DNA of 64,000 nt from a virus (IMGVR_UViG_3300020580_000001:18781-82780); one strand, 5' to 3'. Numbered from the stretch's first letter, positions 46,403 to 56,642 are shown. Numbers and translations: made by a program. Notes: generated from the sequence alone by a model not told the origin.

Positions 46403-49138
46403 CTAATATGTTGGATATGATATCATTCTAATCGGCGCTGGATATTGCACCATTCTGATCGGCTCTGATCGCACCATTCTGATCGGCGCCGGATATCGCA
46501 CCACATAGTCTGGATCAACGAAAATACGGCGCTTAAGAAAAAGCAGCGCAATCGAATTCGCGACCGACCGGCCAAAAGACGATAACGCGGTAAACGGAGT
46601 AAATAGCGATGGTTTTGCAACGCTTGCACTTCGTGCCGACGATGTGCTCGTAATAGTCAGAATGCCGGTTATTTGTGCCGGAGCTTGTGTTCGGCCTAAC
46701 GAGCGAGAGACCAAATTGGCGACAAACGAAGCGGCGGCATATCCTCTAGGGCTAACAGGTCCGCGGGAAACAAGCTGCACAATGCCTGAGGGAATCCCAA
46801 TCCCTTCGGCGATACCCCGTGAGAATGCAGCAAAACCGGTCTTCACGGCCATGGCTGCACGTGCCGCCGCAACCACACCAGATCGTGCCGAGATTTGGAT
46901 TTTACCTGCAGGCCCAGCGAGACTTGAGCTTATAGCCGACGCCCGTGAGCTAAGCTTTAAGGCGCCTGCCGATAATGCCCGCCCTGCCGCGCTGGACCTC
47001 GATGAGGTAACTAGGAATATAAACCCGGCAGCAATAATAGATATGCCAGCCCTAGCGATCGCAGCGGCGCCGGCCCGTGCCGCAAGAAATATCTTTCCTG
47101 TAGTGGATGCCCTGGCAAGTCCAGTGGCCGTTGCAGAGGCTTGTAGTGCCGTCTTGAAAATAGCGCCAGCACGGCTAGTCGCCACTGTGGCCGATCGCGC
47201 GACAACCTGGACTATCCAGGATTGTCCGACGAGCGAGACCGCGTTGGCGGCAGTCCTAGCTGCCAGCGCCGTTTTGCCTACGCTAGACGCCTTGGGGGCC
47301 GCCGCAACGGCTGCAGTTATCGCCTGCAAAGCAGCACGGACCACACTGGCTACGCGCCCAGCCGCCAGCCCGATGCCGATGGCTTTTAGATTAATTGCGC
47401 CAAACAATTGCGACGCGGAAAATCCAGCCGATTTACTAGCTGATTTAAGTGTTAGCTTACCAGCCGAGACCGCACCGCCCATGCTCCTCGCTGACGATAT
47501 GGCAACAAGAAAGACGGATGGGGCAACCGATATGACAGTTCGCCCAAGCGACACGGCTGCAGAACGGGCAGATAGACCAACCGCGCCTATAAAACCATCA
47601 AGACGACCTGAGCCGGTCGACATGGAGACAGCTTTAAGCGCTATCTTTCCGACGAAACCATCCAGCCTACCGATAGCAATGCCAAGCGCTGACGTGCTCA
47701 ATATGGCACGAACAGACATCGCCACGCGGCCAGCGGACGAGGCAACTGCCGAAATAACAAGTAAAACCTTGCCGCTAATTGGCGCTTGGCCTGCTCCGCG
47801 CGACACACTAGCGCTACGCAATGCTGCGCTGAACAAACCAGCTGCGCGAGCTGGGCCGATCACCACAGAACGAGCAACAAGCCTCCCCATCGTGGCAGCA
47901 GCAGCACGCGCCGGTCCTACAGCCACGCTATATGCCGCAAGCGCCGCCTTTCCTGAGAAACCATCAAGCCGGCCGACGCTAAACGCCATGCCTTTTACGA
48001 CAAGCCCTACTTTCCCGGCAAACCCATCAAGCCTAGCGGTACTTATAGGCGCCGATGAGCCACTTAATGCCGTCTTGATAACCCCAAGCGCTCTGGCCGC
48101 GCCCACAGCCATTCCACCTGCACGCAGGCCAATCGCACCGATAAACGTGGCCACGCCAATTGCTGCTGATTTACCGACGGACCGAAGTCCTAATTTAACC
48201 GACGTGCCGGCTAGCCCATTGCCAACTACAGCGGCGCTTGTCATAAACGACGCGCGCCCCGCAATGGTCACTAAACCAATCGTGTTGCTAGCAGCCAGCG
48301 CAAAAAGCGTAATAGGTCCAACCGCTGAATTTAATACCGCCGCATAAATTTGCACATTTTGTGCATTCGATGTATTATTAACCCAAGAGACGGTCAGTGT
48401 TTGGTTGTCTGATGACGCCGAGAAAATTATGGTATATTTGCCAAGTAAATTTGCCACTCCGTTTGTCATTTGAACGGATGTGTCGACATAAGGAGACACA
48501 CTTGCGTCGCTCAATGTTGCCGTCAATTTTCCTTGTGTAAAGGCAGTGAAATTATAGCTTACCGAAACATAAACGGTAAGCGTCTGCACCACAAGACCAG
48601 CCGGGACCGTAAATGACATCCCGGCACCAAGAGCTGGGCCATTACTATAAACAACGTACTTCTCATTAGATATAGAGGCGTCAGGATTTCCATCGGTCCA
48701 TGTTGACGAAAAGAACGGTCCGGCAGGACTATTATCATAATTCAGCAGTGTAACGCCGCCGACTTGGCTTAGAGCGCTTATTACCGAACCTCCGGTTAGC
48801 TTTCTTTCGATCGATGCGGCGCTTGCGGCATATCCAAAAGCGGCCCAATCCTTGCCGCCAAGAGAGGTAAGATTGATATTCTGAGATGTCGTGTAGGTAG
48901 CTACTGAACCAGTGAGCGACGCTGTCGAGACACGTCCAAGCGCACGAGCCACTGAGCGGGTAAATAGACCAACAGCACCGGCGAGCAGCGTCGACTCGCC
49001 GCCGCGCGCCTTCGTGGCCGCTTGCAATGGAGTATTGCCAGAAAACGCTACTGTGGCAAACGACCTGGAATTTGAGGCCGAAGTCAGTGCGACGGCTATT
49101 GCGCCCTGGTTATTCCTATAGAGCAGCAGTAACGACAT
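46403..49138 (-). CDS. Ala/Gly/Ser-rich repetitive fibre-like protein with an inserted globular domain
   Basis: Quasi-repeats (e.g. GRLDGF.GK x4); INLT.LG..DWAAFGY domain shared with 19385-22051. Confidence 0.7.
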   Translation of the reverse strand: MSLLLLYRNNQGAIAVALTSASNSRSFATVAFSGNTPLQAATKARGGESTLLAGAVGLFTRSVARALGRVSTASLTGSVATYTTSQNINLTSLGGKDWAAFGYAASAASIERKLTGGSVISALSQVGGVTLLNYDNSPAGPFFSSTWTDGNPDASISNEKYVVYSNGPALGAGMSFTVPAGLVVQTLTVYVSVSYNFTAFTQGKLTATLSDASVSPYVDTSVQMTNGVANLLGKYTIIFSASSDNQTLTVSWVNNTSNAQNVQIYAAVLNSAVGPITLFALAASNTIGLVTIAGRASFMTSAAVVGNGLAGTSVKLGLRSVGKSAAIGVATFIGAIGLRAGGMAVGAARALGVIKTALSGSSAPISTARLDGFAGKVGLVVKGMAFSVGRLDGFSGKAALAAYSVAVGPARAAAATMGRLVARSVVIGPARAAGLFSAALRSASVSRGAGQAPISGKVLLVISAVASSAGRVAMSVRAILSTSALGIAIGRLDGFVGKIALKAVSMSTGSGRLDGFIGAVGLSARSAAVSLGRTVISVAPSVFLVAISSARSMGGAVSAGKLTLKSASKSAGFSASQLFGAINLKAIGIGLAAGRVASVVRAALQAITAAVAAAPKASSVGKTALAARTAANAVSLVGQSWIVQVVARSATVATSRAGAIFKTALQASATATGLARASTTGKIFLAARAGAAAIARAGISIIAAGFIFLVTSSRSSAAGRALSAGALKLSSRASAISSSLAGPAGKIQISARSGVVAAARAAMAVKTGFAAFSRGIAEGIGIPSGIVQLVSRGPVSPRGYAAASFVANLVSRSLGRTQAPAQITGILTITSTSSARSASVAKPSLFTPFTALSSFGRSVANSIALLFLKRRIFVDPDYVVRYPAPIRMVRSEPIRMVQYPAPIRMISYPTY

Positions 49139-49182
49139 ATTCCGCCGCCCCTCATAATATCCTTCCTAGTTTATGCGGGCCG

Positions 49183-49947
49183 CTACCTGACCCAGAATCC
49201 AATCTCGGGAGCGTATGTCGCAGCACTCGGCGCCGTCATGACTGGATACCAGATATAGATCAATGCAGAATTGCCGGGACCGATAATGATTGGCGGAAAC
49301 GCTTGCGGCATGATATTGGCATTGGCAACGGTGATCGATCCGACTGCCCCCTCGACACTCCCAAACGTAAGCAGATGCTGGTCACCGACTACATTGATAA
49401 CCGTCGCGCTGACTGCCGGACGAATATTTCTAAGGCCGCATACCGCGCGCACCGAACCGGACGCGGCAGGAGCCACAATCGCCCCGCAATAAATAGATGC
49501 GGCAGAGCTATTGCCAGTCACCATGTTAGGACTGACGATATTCGCTGTGAGATTTGTTCCGCCGGATGTGTAGCGGTTAATATTGTCGATATAGACGGCA
49601 ATAGCGGTATAGCCAGCCGTCGTGGTTGATGCTCCGGCTACGATAGCCGAGAGTGATATATAGTCCAGGGAAAGCCTCTGTGATGCACTGCCGTTGACTA
49701 TCACGATAAACGGTGAGGTTGCTACAAGCGAAGTTCCATATGTCGGAACAATCGCCGTTTGCGCATTGTTGCACACATAGTAGGAGCCTTCATCGGCAAG
49801 CGTATGCTGCTTGCGGACGATCGGCATCGTGGTGAGTTCGCCATAGGTCCACTGTCTGAACGCAGCATCGTTATTTGTAGCATCGGCATTCGGAACGGGA
49901 AGCGCGCGGTTGATTAGCCCGCGTATTAAGGCCTGCGGTGAAATCAT
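49183..49947 (-). CDS. putative structural beta-sandwich protein
   Basis: Beta-rich ORF in the fibre block. Confidence 0.6.
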   Translation of the reverse strand: MISPQALIRGLINRALPVPNADATNNDAAFRQWTYGELTTMPIVRKQHTLADEGSYYVCNNAQTAIVPTYGTSLVATSPFIVIVNGSASQRLSLDYISLSAIVAGASTTTAGYTAIAVYIDNINRYTSGGTNLTANIVSPNMVTGNSSAASIYCGAIVAPAASGSVRAVCGLRNIRPAVSATVINVVGDQHLLTFGSVEGAVGSITVANANIMPQAFPPIIIGPGNSALIYIWYPVMTAPSAATYAPEIGFWVR

Positions 49948-49967
49948 TTGTTCTCCTTCCTAAACAT

Positions 49968-51203
49968 TTAAAGCAGCCGGCGAGGATAGCTCTGGTTGGC
50001 CGCGACATAAGAATAATAAGGGCCTGTAACAACTCCCCAATCACTCGCAAATATTACTCTTGCTCCAGCGCGATCAGGACACGCTTCAGTTGCATACCCA
50101 GTACCAGATGTATTAGAATTACGTGAATGAGCAAAATGCTCCATTGTGCCGGATGCATCTAGTTTTACCGCCGCAACTTCTTTTTCGAAGCCCAGTCCCG
50201 CCCCTAATCTATATGAACTAACATAGATCCATCCTGGCCTTTTATTAGCACGCCCGGAGATGTGCATATCGCCAGTCCATTGCGTGGTTAAGTTCCTGGT
50301 CTTTGGCGCGCCACTCAAGGGCCATGATTCTATATAATTATTTGTGGAATCCTCATAAAGGGCCACGAACACTTCCGCCCCCGATTGATCCCACCCGAAA
50401 TCACCGTGATCATGATTATTTGTCCACAAGTCACGCAAGAACGTCATGTTGTTATCAAATACTGAAAATTTATGAAGAGTATTATATAAGATCCCGACAT
50501 AGAGGCCGGAATGGGACATGCCGAACCAGTCTATATCCGTAACATCACCACCTAATGTGGTCAGATTGAAAGACCCCGAGGAAACACTATCATGCCATAG
50601 GTCATAAACAGCTAATGTATAATTTCCGCCCGCCGTTTTTCCCATAATGGTAAAATATCTGTCGTCATCGCTTTGGTTACCCTCTTGATATCCATTGCTG
50701 ACTAATGTATATGCGGCAAACGTATGTAGGGTAGTGTGGGCTCCGGTAGTCGCATCTATTGAAATAAGAGTGTTCCCGACGGTCGAATATATCACATTAG
50801 GTTTTGTATTGGACCATTTTGCATCGTCACATGTCCCCGATATCCCATCAGTGACTAGATTAGTTCCGGTTAGATCAATAACATTCAAAAGAGCATATGT
50901 GTTTCCATCAAGCACAAATGCTCTCGCCGCATCAAAATTTAACAGCATTTTTGTTCCGTCGCAATTCCAAGGTTGCGTCTTCGCGTAAAAATGCCGTATT
51001 CTATTGCCGCCGCTTGACATCGCAGTGGCATCGCCGACACGAATTATTTCCGCATTGAATTCCGGTTGATAGCTCCATGTCAAATATGTGGGAATACGCC
51101 CCGTCCAGGCAGGAGTAGCAATTATGGCGAGCTGTACACCCGGAGGAAACACCCCTTTTACGGGCGGAAGAAATACGGATGTAAGTTGCGCGTTAGAGGT
51201 CAA
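49968..51203 (-). CDS. beta-propeller-like protein (TolB/oligogalacturonate-lyase-like)
   Basis: H.Y.K.QPWN.DG, S.D.RY, MS.SG.Y, H.D, MHIS.R, PD..G.RV.FASDW blade motifs. Confidence 0.6.
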   Translation of the reverse strand: MTSNAQLTSVFLPPVKGVFPPGVQLAIIATPAWTGRIPTYLTWSYQPEFNAEIIRVGDATAMSSGGNRIRHFYAKTQPWNCDGTKMLLNFDAARAFVLDGNTYALLNVIDLTGTNLVTDGISGTCDDAKWSNTKPNVIYSTVGNTLISIDATTGAHTTLHTFAAYTLVSNGYQEGNQSDDDRYFTIMGKTAGGNYTLAVYDLWHDSVSSGSFNLTTLGGDVTDIDWFGMSHSGLYVGILYNTLHKFSVFDNNMTFLRDLWTNNHDHGDFGWDQSGAEVFVALYEDSTNNYIESWPLSGAPKTRNLTTQWTGDMHISGRANKRPGWIYVSSYRLGAGLGFEKEVAAVKLDASGTMEHFAHSRNSNTSGTGYATEACPDRAGARVIFASDWGVVTGPYYSYVAANQSYPRRLL

Positions 51204-52267
51204 TTCAAAATTTCCGGAATCACCGTGAATGTTTGGCTAGCAATTGGGTTTGCTTGGTTCTGCATCTGAATATCCACAAACACAGAGGTGCCCGAGGCGA
51301 GCTTTATCGACGCCTGATTGGCATTAGCGAGCCCTCCCCCGCCCGCTGCCCCGTCGCCACATTGATGCGTCAATATTACTAAATAGGCCCCTAACCAGTT
51401 CGCAGCTCCAGTCGCCGGATTATACGCCCCTCCGTCACCCCCAGTGTACGTCGGTGGGGCACTCCACAGCGTCACTAACAGATTGACACCAGCCCATCCT
51501 GAGGTGATATTCGTTACGACTCTTACGCGAGGGATAAGGCATCCACCTGCGTACGTTGCAATCGAAAAGGAATGAGACCCAGGTGAGGTCGCAGAGTCTG
51601 CAATCAGGGAGTTAGGCGGATAGGTAAGAGTTACTGTAAGAGATGTCCCGGTTGATGTAGACGATAACGACGCTCCGCCAGATGTTGCAGCGAGCTGGAA
51701 TGTGTTGGTTGCGATGACCGAAACCCAATAAGTTACACCTAGGACAAAGTTTCCGCCAGTTGGCGCTGTCGTCCCGCTGAGAACTACAGCTTGACCTACT
51801 TGAAGCGGATGCCCCGTCCATGTGAATACGCATGGAGTGGCACTCGTAGCGGTAACAGCGGAAGAAACTGCACTCGCCGGACGTGTGATAACAGTTGCTA
51901 ATGGATTGGTGATTGCACCTGAGTTAAGCGAAGTTTGTCCAATACTTTGAATCTCTAGCCATGTGGATCTGATATTTTGCGCCAATTGCTCAAATGGAGA
52001 CCATATCCCCCTTTCGGCCGGAAGCAGCTGGCTTAACAAATCCGCAATTTTAATTAACGTCGGGTCCGATGGCTGATCGCCAGCCAAAGCCACGGGCATG
52101 GATTGCGCCATTAGCGCTTGACCGGCAGCAATCAGGTTTTCCGGATTTCCTGAGACACCCCCTAGATCAAGCGCAACAACTTGGGTCTTGACGGCGCCGC
52201 CTTGCCTGGCCACATCACGAATAGAATCGCCGCCTGAACCAACATTAATGACGGTATTATCAGCCAC
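51200..52267 (-). CDS. putative fibre/structural protein
   Basis: MADNT.IN.G.GGD.I N-terminus; H.L.VG..V...G......G..Y.V......FQLA.T.GG insert domain. Confidence 0.6.
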   Translation of the reverse strand: MADNTVINVGSGGDSIRDVARQGGAVKTQVVALDLGGVSGNPENLIAAGQALMAQSMPVALAGDQPSDPTLIKIADLLSQLLPAERGIWSPFEQLAQNIRSTWLEIQSIGQTSLNSGAITNPLATVITRPASAVSSAVTATSATPCVFTWTGHPLQVGQAVVLSGTTAPTGGNFVLGVTYWVSVIATNTFQLAATSGGASLSSTSTGTSLTVTLTYPPNSLIADSATSPGSHSFSIATYAGGCLIPRVRVVTNITSGWAGVNLLVTLWSAPPTYTGGDGGAYNPATGAANWLGAYLVILTHQCGDGAAGGGGLANANQASIKLASGTSVFVDIQMQNQANPIASQTFTVIPEILN

Positions 52268-52270
52268 GTT

Positions 52271-53170
52271 TTACGCCATCGTCAGAGTCATTTGCGCGGC
52301 ATTAAAGGTAACCGTATTATTAATTACTATAGGCTGCTGAACGATCTTGCGAATCGAGCCACCACCTGAAGCCGATGCCGCATTGACACCAACATTAAAG
52401 GTGTCGGTCGTAATACCGGCAACCGTGAGAACTCCGGAGAATGATCCGGCTTGCGGTAGCACACCACCAAATTTTTGCGTGACAACCACTGGGTCGCCAT
52501 TGGAAAATCCATGTGCTGGAACAGTTAGTACGCTCGGGCTGGCTAATGTTCCGGTGAACGGTAGCCATTTGAAATTGCCCATATAATCCCACCAAATAAC
52601 ATTGGTGTTCCCAGACGAAGCATCGGCGAGGAACCATGAATTTACAGTTCCCCACGCAGTGGTTGCGCCGACTAATGGAAATGTTATAATAGTATTAGTG
52701 TTTGCGATGCTTGCAGGAGTCGTGACCGGTTCCGTTCCCGAAGATGCAACCGCCTGGGCAAATGCCGAAAAGCGGATAACTTCACCACTGGCCACCGTAA
52801 CGGTCGTGCTAATAACCACAGTTGTCGCGGAGGTTGACACAACCGTGATATTAGCGCCAATATTCCCTGGAGTGGTAATGCTTCGGACATACATTCCAGC
52901 GACGATCCATGATGGAACAGTCGCCGCGAAATTCAGGGTGGCTGATGCGGTGGAAACCGCATTCGTCGTGAGTGAGCCGGAAACCTGCACGCGGGCATAG
53001 GTGCCTACAGCAACCTCCGAGGCCCCATTAGTGGCAAGCGAGCCGGTATCCGACGTCGGGGCAGTTGTCATAAGCCCTAGCCACTCACCGGTTGGCAACG
53101 CCGGCATAGCAATACCACCAGTCCAATAATTCAGTGACGCCAACGTGGCGTAGTCAGCTAATCCAGCCAT
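52271..53170 (-). CDS. phage fibre-associated structural protein
   Basis: L.DYA....LN, WL.L.T..P.D......EV..G.YARV, ITFP.....WGTV....L.DA..G. Confidence 0.65.
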   Translation of the reverse strand: MAGLADYATLASLNYWTGGIAMPALPTGEWLGLMTTAPTSDTGSLATNGASEVAVGTYARVQVSGSLTTNAVSTASATLNFAATVPSWIVAGMYVRSITTPGNIGANITVVSTSATTVVISTTVTVASGEVIRFSAFAQAVASSGTEPVTTPASIANTNTIITFPLVGATTAWGTVNSWFLADASSGNTNVIWWDYMGNFKWLPFTGTLASPSVLTVPAHGFSNGDPVVVTQKFGGVLPQAGSFSGVLTVAGITTDTFNVGVNAASASGGGSIRKIVQQPIVINNTVTFNAAQMTLTMA

Positions 53171-53171
53171 A

Positions 53172-53540
53172 CTATGAAAGCTCCGCTACTTCTAATTCGG
53201 CATTCTCTTTAGCCGTAAGACCGCCCCATTCTTCCGCCGATTGCTGCGCCATCTTCTCAAGTAGCAGCACACGCAGCGCGGCAAGCACATCCATACGGCT
53301 TCCATAATCACAACGCGCGAAGAAAAGATAACTTATGCGTCGCATATCGATATCGAAAAAATCACGAAGCTCTTCCAGGGCCGGAAAGCCTGGCTTGAAT
53401 CCAGCGGCAATAAAATATTCGTCTCGGCTGGCGTGACCGATGGCACATTGATGACAATGGCTAAGATTAAACTGGTCATCTGGAATATGATTCACAACGC
53501 GAATTAGGTTTTCGAGGTGCTTAATTGAAGATTTTGACAT
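53172..53540 (-). CDS. phage hypothetical protein
   Basis: IPD..FNL.....CAIGHA motif. Confidence 0.6.
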   Translation of the reverse strand: MSKSSIKHLENLIRVVNHIPDDQFNLSHCHQCAIGHASRDEYFIAAGFKPGFPALEELRDFFDIDMRRISYLFFARCDYGSRMDVLAALRVLLLEKMAQQSAEEWGGLTAKENAELEVAELS

Positions 53541-53541
53541 T

Positions 53542-54861
53542 TTATTTTGCTCCGTAATACCTCACATAGTCCACCCACATATCATAATACCCGGCGAGCG
53601 GGGGAGTTACCGGCCACCCACTGCCCATTGCGAGGTCGAGCATCACGAACCAAGTCGGTACAACCCCGCCTGGCATAAATGCCCTGGGCAGCGAGCCCAT
53701 TAGTTTGTCATCAAAATATGCGCTAACTGTAGTTGTGGTTATCAGCAAACCGTAGCGGTGAAAATCCCAGGTTAGATCGCCACCAGGCTGATTATGATAG
53801 ATCGACCCGCTCGGTCCGGTTGCGCTGCCATAGGCATGCTGCGTGGCTGCAAAATAGGTTGGAAATGGCCCATTAGCCTCCATAATGTCTTCTTCAACAT
53901 TGGAGGTTTTTCCGACTGGTCCAAGCCCCTGGATGGTTAGCATCCAGAAAGCCGGGAAGGTGCCGCCACTCAAAGGAACTCGACCAGCAGCACTTGTCGA
54001 GCCATCAGGAATCAAAATGCGAGATTCATAATAGCCATTGCCGGCGGGAAGATTTGTCGAGCCATCCGGAAACGCCGACGAGAGGAGGCCGGAATACAAT
54101 TTCCGCCCGAATCCGTACGGGTCAGTGTAACTCGCATCATATTGAGCACGGATGCGCAGGAACCCGCCCTTGATCATAAATGGGTTATATGGACTGTCAG
54201 TATGCTCGAACGCGGCATCGCCGAAATCTCCACCACCAGTTTTATTTTCCCACCAGTTAAAACCATCTGTCGAAGTCGGAGAAGTACATTTCGGCCATAC
54301 GCCAGTCCCAGGCTTGCACGGCGTGGCCTTGAGCGTATCGAACTCGTCAGACCATTTGAGCGTCAGGCCGGTCGCGCCAACCGGGAACGAGGTCGGTGGC
54401 GGCACACTACTTCCCACCACAAACAGCGTCATCCTAGCGCCAAGGTTAACGGTGAAGCTATTATCACCTGGTGGCTTGTTCCAGGCGTAAATTGCCACGT
54501 TGAGCGGGCCATGCGGCTCGCTACGTAGATTTAGCTGGCCGATGAAGTCTCCTGCGCCATCGCTGGTAAGGCGAGCGTTGAACTTCCCATGTGTGTAGAC
54601 CTCAATGTTTTGCATCCCAGGCGCTTGAACTTCAATAATGTAAGGCGCTTGCGCCGATGCTATTGATGCGCCATCACTTAACGGAACATTGAGTGTGGTT
54701 GGCGCGACAACCTGGTTGTCTTTGATGATCGCGCTAACACATGGGCTAAGTATCGCCATGGTATTAGGCATCGTCGCCCGCATCACGGGGCATGCCGAGC
54801 CTGAAAGCGGGAACAGAACGATAGCAATTAATGCTAAAATATTGCCGCCAAAATATTTCAT
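53542..54861 (-). CDS. GH16-family glycoside hydrolase with signal peptide
   Basis: MKYFGGNILALIAIVLFPLSGSA; WSDEFD, GTFPAFW, EEDIME (ExDxxE), FHRYG, MWVDYVRYY. Confidence 0.8.
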   Translation of the reverse strand: MKYFGGNILALIAIVLFPLSGSACPVMRATMPNTMAILSPCVSAIIKDNQVVAPTTLNVPLSDGASIASAQAPYIIEVQAPGMQNIEVYTHGKFNARLTSDGAGDFIGQLNLRSEPHGPLNVAIYAWNKPPGDNSFTVNLGARMTLFVVGSSVPPPTSFPVGATGLTLKWSDEFDTLKATPCKPGTGVWPKCTSPTSTDGFNWWENKTGGGDFGDAAFEHTDSPYNPFMIKGGFLRIRAQYDASYTDPYGFGRKLYSGLLSSAFPDGSTNLPAGNGYYESRILIPDGSTSAAGRVPLSGGTFPAFWMLTIQGLGPVGKTSNVEEDIMEANGPFPTYFAATQHAYGSATGPSGSIYHNQPGGDLTWDFHRYGLLITTTTVSAYFDDKLMGSLPRAFMPGGVVPTWFVMLDLAMGSGWPVTPPLAGYYDMWVDYVRYYGAK

Positions 54862-54865
54862 AATT

Positions 54866-55354
54866 TTACACTGGCGGGACGGCTTGCGGCGTGAAAACCG
54901 CATCGACAACATCCAGGGTGATGGCTTTTGGCGTGAGATCCATAACGATGTCGACCATCAACGCGAATGAGGTCAGCGCCGAAGTGTCGGTTACTGTGAC
55001 GGTAAGGCCGGAAGCCAGCTTAACCATTGGGGTGAGAATCAAAGCAACGGCGCCGGCCATTGGGCCGGATGGCATTGTGCCAATCGTGGCCGTTAATTTG
55101 GTGCCATCGCTAGAGAGCGCAGAAAAAATATCACCGACAGGAGCCGGAACCACGACGCCAGACGCATCGGTTACGTGGATTGCAATTGCAGCAACGGTAT
55201 CGTCCGCAAGCTCGAAATTCGCCATGAGGTTTCCATTTCTTGTGATGATTGGGAGCGCCAACACGATATGTGCTGGTTTATTCGTGGTGGTCAGAAGCGC
55301 TACGATCTTGTCGAGACTAGCGAGAAGCGCCGCCGCGAATTGCTCGACGGTCAT
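54866..55354 (-). CDS. hypothetical beta-rich (Ig-like) protein
   Basis: First ORF of the minus-strand fibre block; possible internal start at MANFEL. Confidence 0.55.
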   Translation of the reverse strand: MTVEQFAAALLASLDKIVALLTTTNKPAHIVLALPIITRNGNLMANFELADDTVAAIAIHVTDASGVVVPAPVGDIFSALSSDGTKLTATIGTMPSGPMAGAVALILTPMVKLASGLTVTVTDTSALTSFALMVDIVMDLTPKAITLDVVDAVFTPQAVPPV

Positions 55355-55414
55355 GGGCTAACTCGCAATTTAATGATTTACAAACGATAATCTGTTGGCG
55401 TATATAGGCTTATA

Positions 55415-55618
55415 ATGACACCGGAATCTCTAAGAGCCTGGCGGGAGCGTATGCGCTGGTCACAGGCGAATGCAGCGGATGCCCTCGGCCTGTCGGCCGT
55501 TGGCTACCGTGACTATGAAAAGGGCAAGCCTCTCAAGGGAGCAAAACCGCGGTCAATCCCAAAAACCGTCGCGCTTGCCTGCGCCGCAATCACGCATCGA
55601 ATACCGCCAGAGGAATAA
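55415..55618 (+). CDS. XRE-family HTH regulator
   Basis: MTPE.LR.WR..M.WSQ..AA.ALGLS......YE.G....IP..VALAC.A. Confidence 0.85.
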   Translation: MTPESLRAWRERMRWSQANAADALGLSAVGYRDYEKGKPLKGAKPRSIPKTVALACAAITHRIPPEE

Positions 55619-55682
55619 GGCTTATGGTCAAGTTTATGTTACATAAAGTGATAATTAATTTGTAGAAATATGCAATTACCTC

Positions 55683-55711
55683 TTGACTTCCTGCAACTAA
55701 TGTCCTATATT
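55683..55711 (+). promoter_or_regulatory. sigma70-type early promoter
   Basis: TTGACT, 17-nt spacer, TATATT; AT-rich upstream region. Confidence 0.75.
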
Positions 55712-55833
55712 GTGATTATAGACAGAGACGAGCCCGGGCTTCCGGCTAAAGGAGCAAAAACCCCAACTGAGGCCGGTAAGACAGGCCCAGAGAGCCCCGC
55801 AAAAGCTAAGAAGCGAGAAGCGAGAGAAAGAAA

Positions 55834-56080
55834 CAAGCTTTGCTAGGCCGCCAAGCTATGGAGGAGAACGAAAATGGCATTCACCGGAACATCCAAGGGA
55901 AAACTAGAGCCCTTAACTCACGAAGGAAAAATCATCAGATATACGAGGAAGCTTGCGGAAGCCCGCAACAACAACAAACCGGAAATGATCGCGCTGTTCG
56001 AGAGACAGCTCGCCGAACTTACAAGCCGCGAAAAGATCAAAAGCAAATGAGCCCAACCCACGGCGGCCTAGCAAAGCTTG
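55834..56080. repeat. perfect 19-bp inverted repeat flanking the first early gene
   Basis: CAAGCTTTGCTAGGCCGCC (55834-55852) / GGCGGCCTAGCAAAGCTTG (56062-56080). Confidence 0.9.
55874..56050 (+). CDS. early hypothetical protein (58 aa)
   Basis: SD GGAGGAG; MAFTGTSKGKLEPLTHEGKIIRYTRKLAEARNNNKPEMIALFERQLAELTSREKIKSK; not in the ORF track. Confidence 0.7.
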   Translation: MAFTGTSKGKLEPLTHEGKIIRYTRKLAEARNNNKPEMIALFERQLAELTSREKIKSK

Positions 56081-56128
56081 GATTTCTCAACCAAGCCTAA
56101 CAGTAAGCCAAACTAAGGGAGAACGAAA

Positions 56129-56374
56129 ATGGCTGACTATTACCTGACAACGGACCATTCCGCATCCAGCTATGGCATGCCAGTGCTTGTTGATCCATCA
56201 ACGGGAACGGCATATGGCCCAGCCGATAAATTGCCGGATGATGTTACAAGCGCCCCATCAGCATGGGACTATGTGTGGCGCAAGCAGGATGCTGGCAGAT
56301 ACGCATGGCTCGATGAAGTTAGCAACAATACAGAAGCATCTAATATGGCTGCCAAGTTTTTGGCAATCAAATGA
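56129..56374 (+). CDS. early hypothetical protein
   Basis: Shared RBS motif; LTTDH.ASSYG.PVLV......YGP.D phage motif. Confidence 0.75.
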   Translation: MADYYLTTDHSASSYGMPVLVDPSTGTAYGPADKLPDDVTSAPSAWDYVWRKQDAGRYAWLDEVSNNTEASNMAAKFLAIK

Positions 56375-56440
56375 CCCTTCGAAGCGCGACCTTACGGGGC
56401 CGCGTCACGAAAGGCCAAGACAAACCAAGGGAGAACGAGA

Positions 56441-56608
56441 ATGACGGAACAAGACGCCCACCGAGCCGTCGAATGGTACAAAGAACATAAACGGCATGTT
56501 GAACGGCTAATCAAAGAAGCGCGTGGAAAATTTGAACCAAGTGGCTCCGATGCTATACGGCCGGAGCTTTGGAAAGCAGAACATTGGTTCTGGTTCCTGA
56601 CCAAATGA
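56441..56608 (+). CDS. early hypothetical protein (55 aa)
   Basis: Shared RBS motif; MTEQDAHRAVEWYKEHKRHVERLIKEARGKFEPSGSDAIRPELWKAEHWFWFLTK; not in the ORF track. Confidence 0.7.
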   Translation: MTEQDAHRAVEWYKEHKRHVERLIKEARGKFEPSGSDAIRPELWKAEHWFWFLTK

Positions 56609-56642
56609 CCCTTCCCCATCGGGGCTTAACCTCCCCGATCCA

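Noticed and set aside
46644-48347. 567-aa plus-strand ORF
   Set aside because: Antisense shadow of the Ala-rich gene 46403-49138
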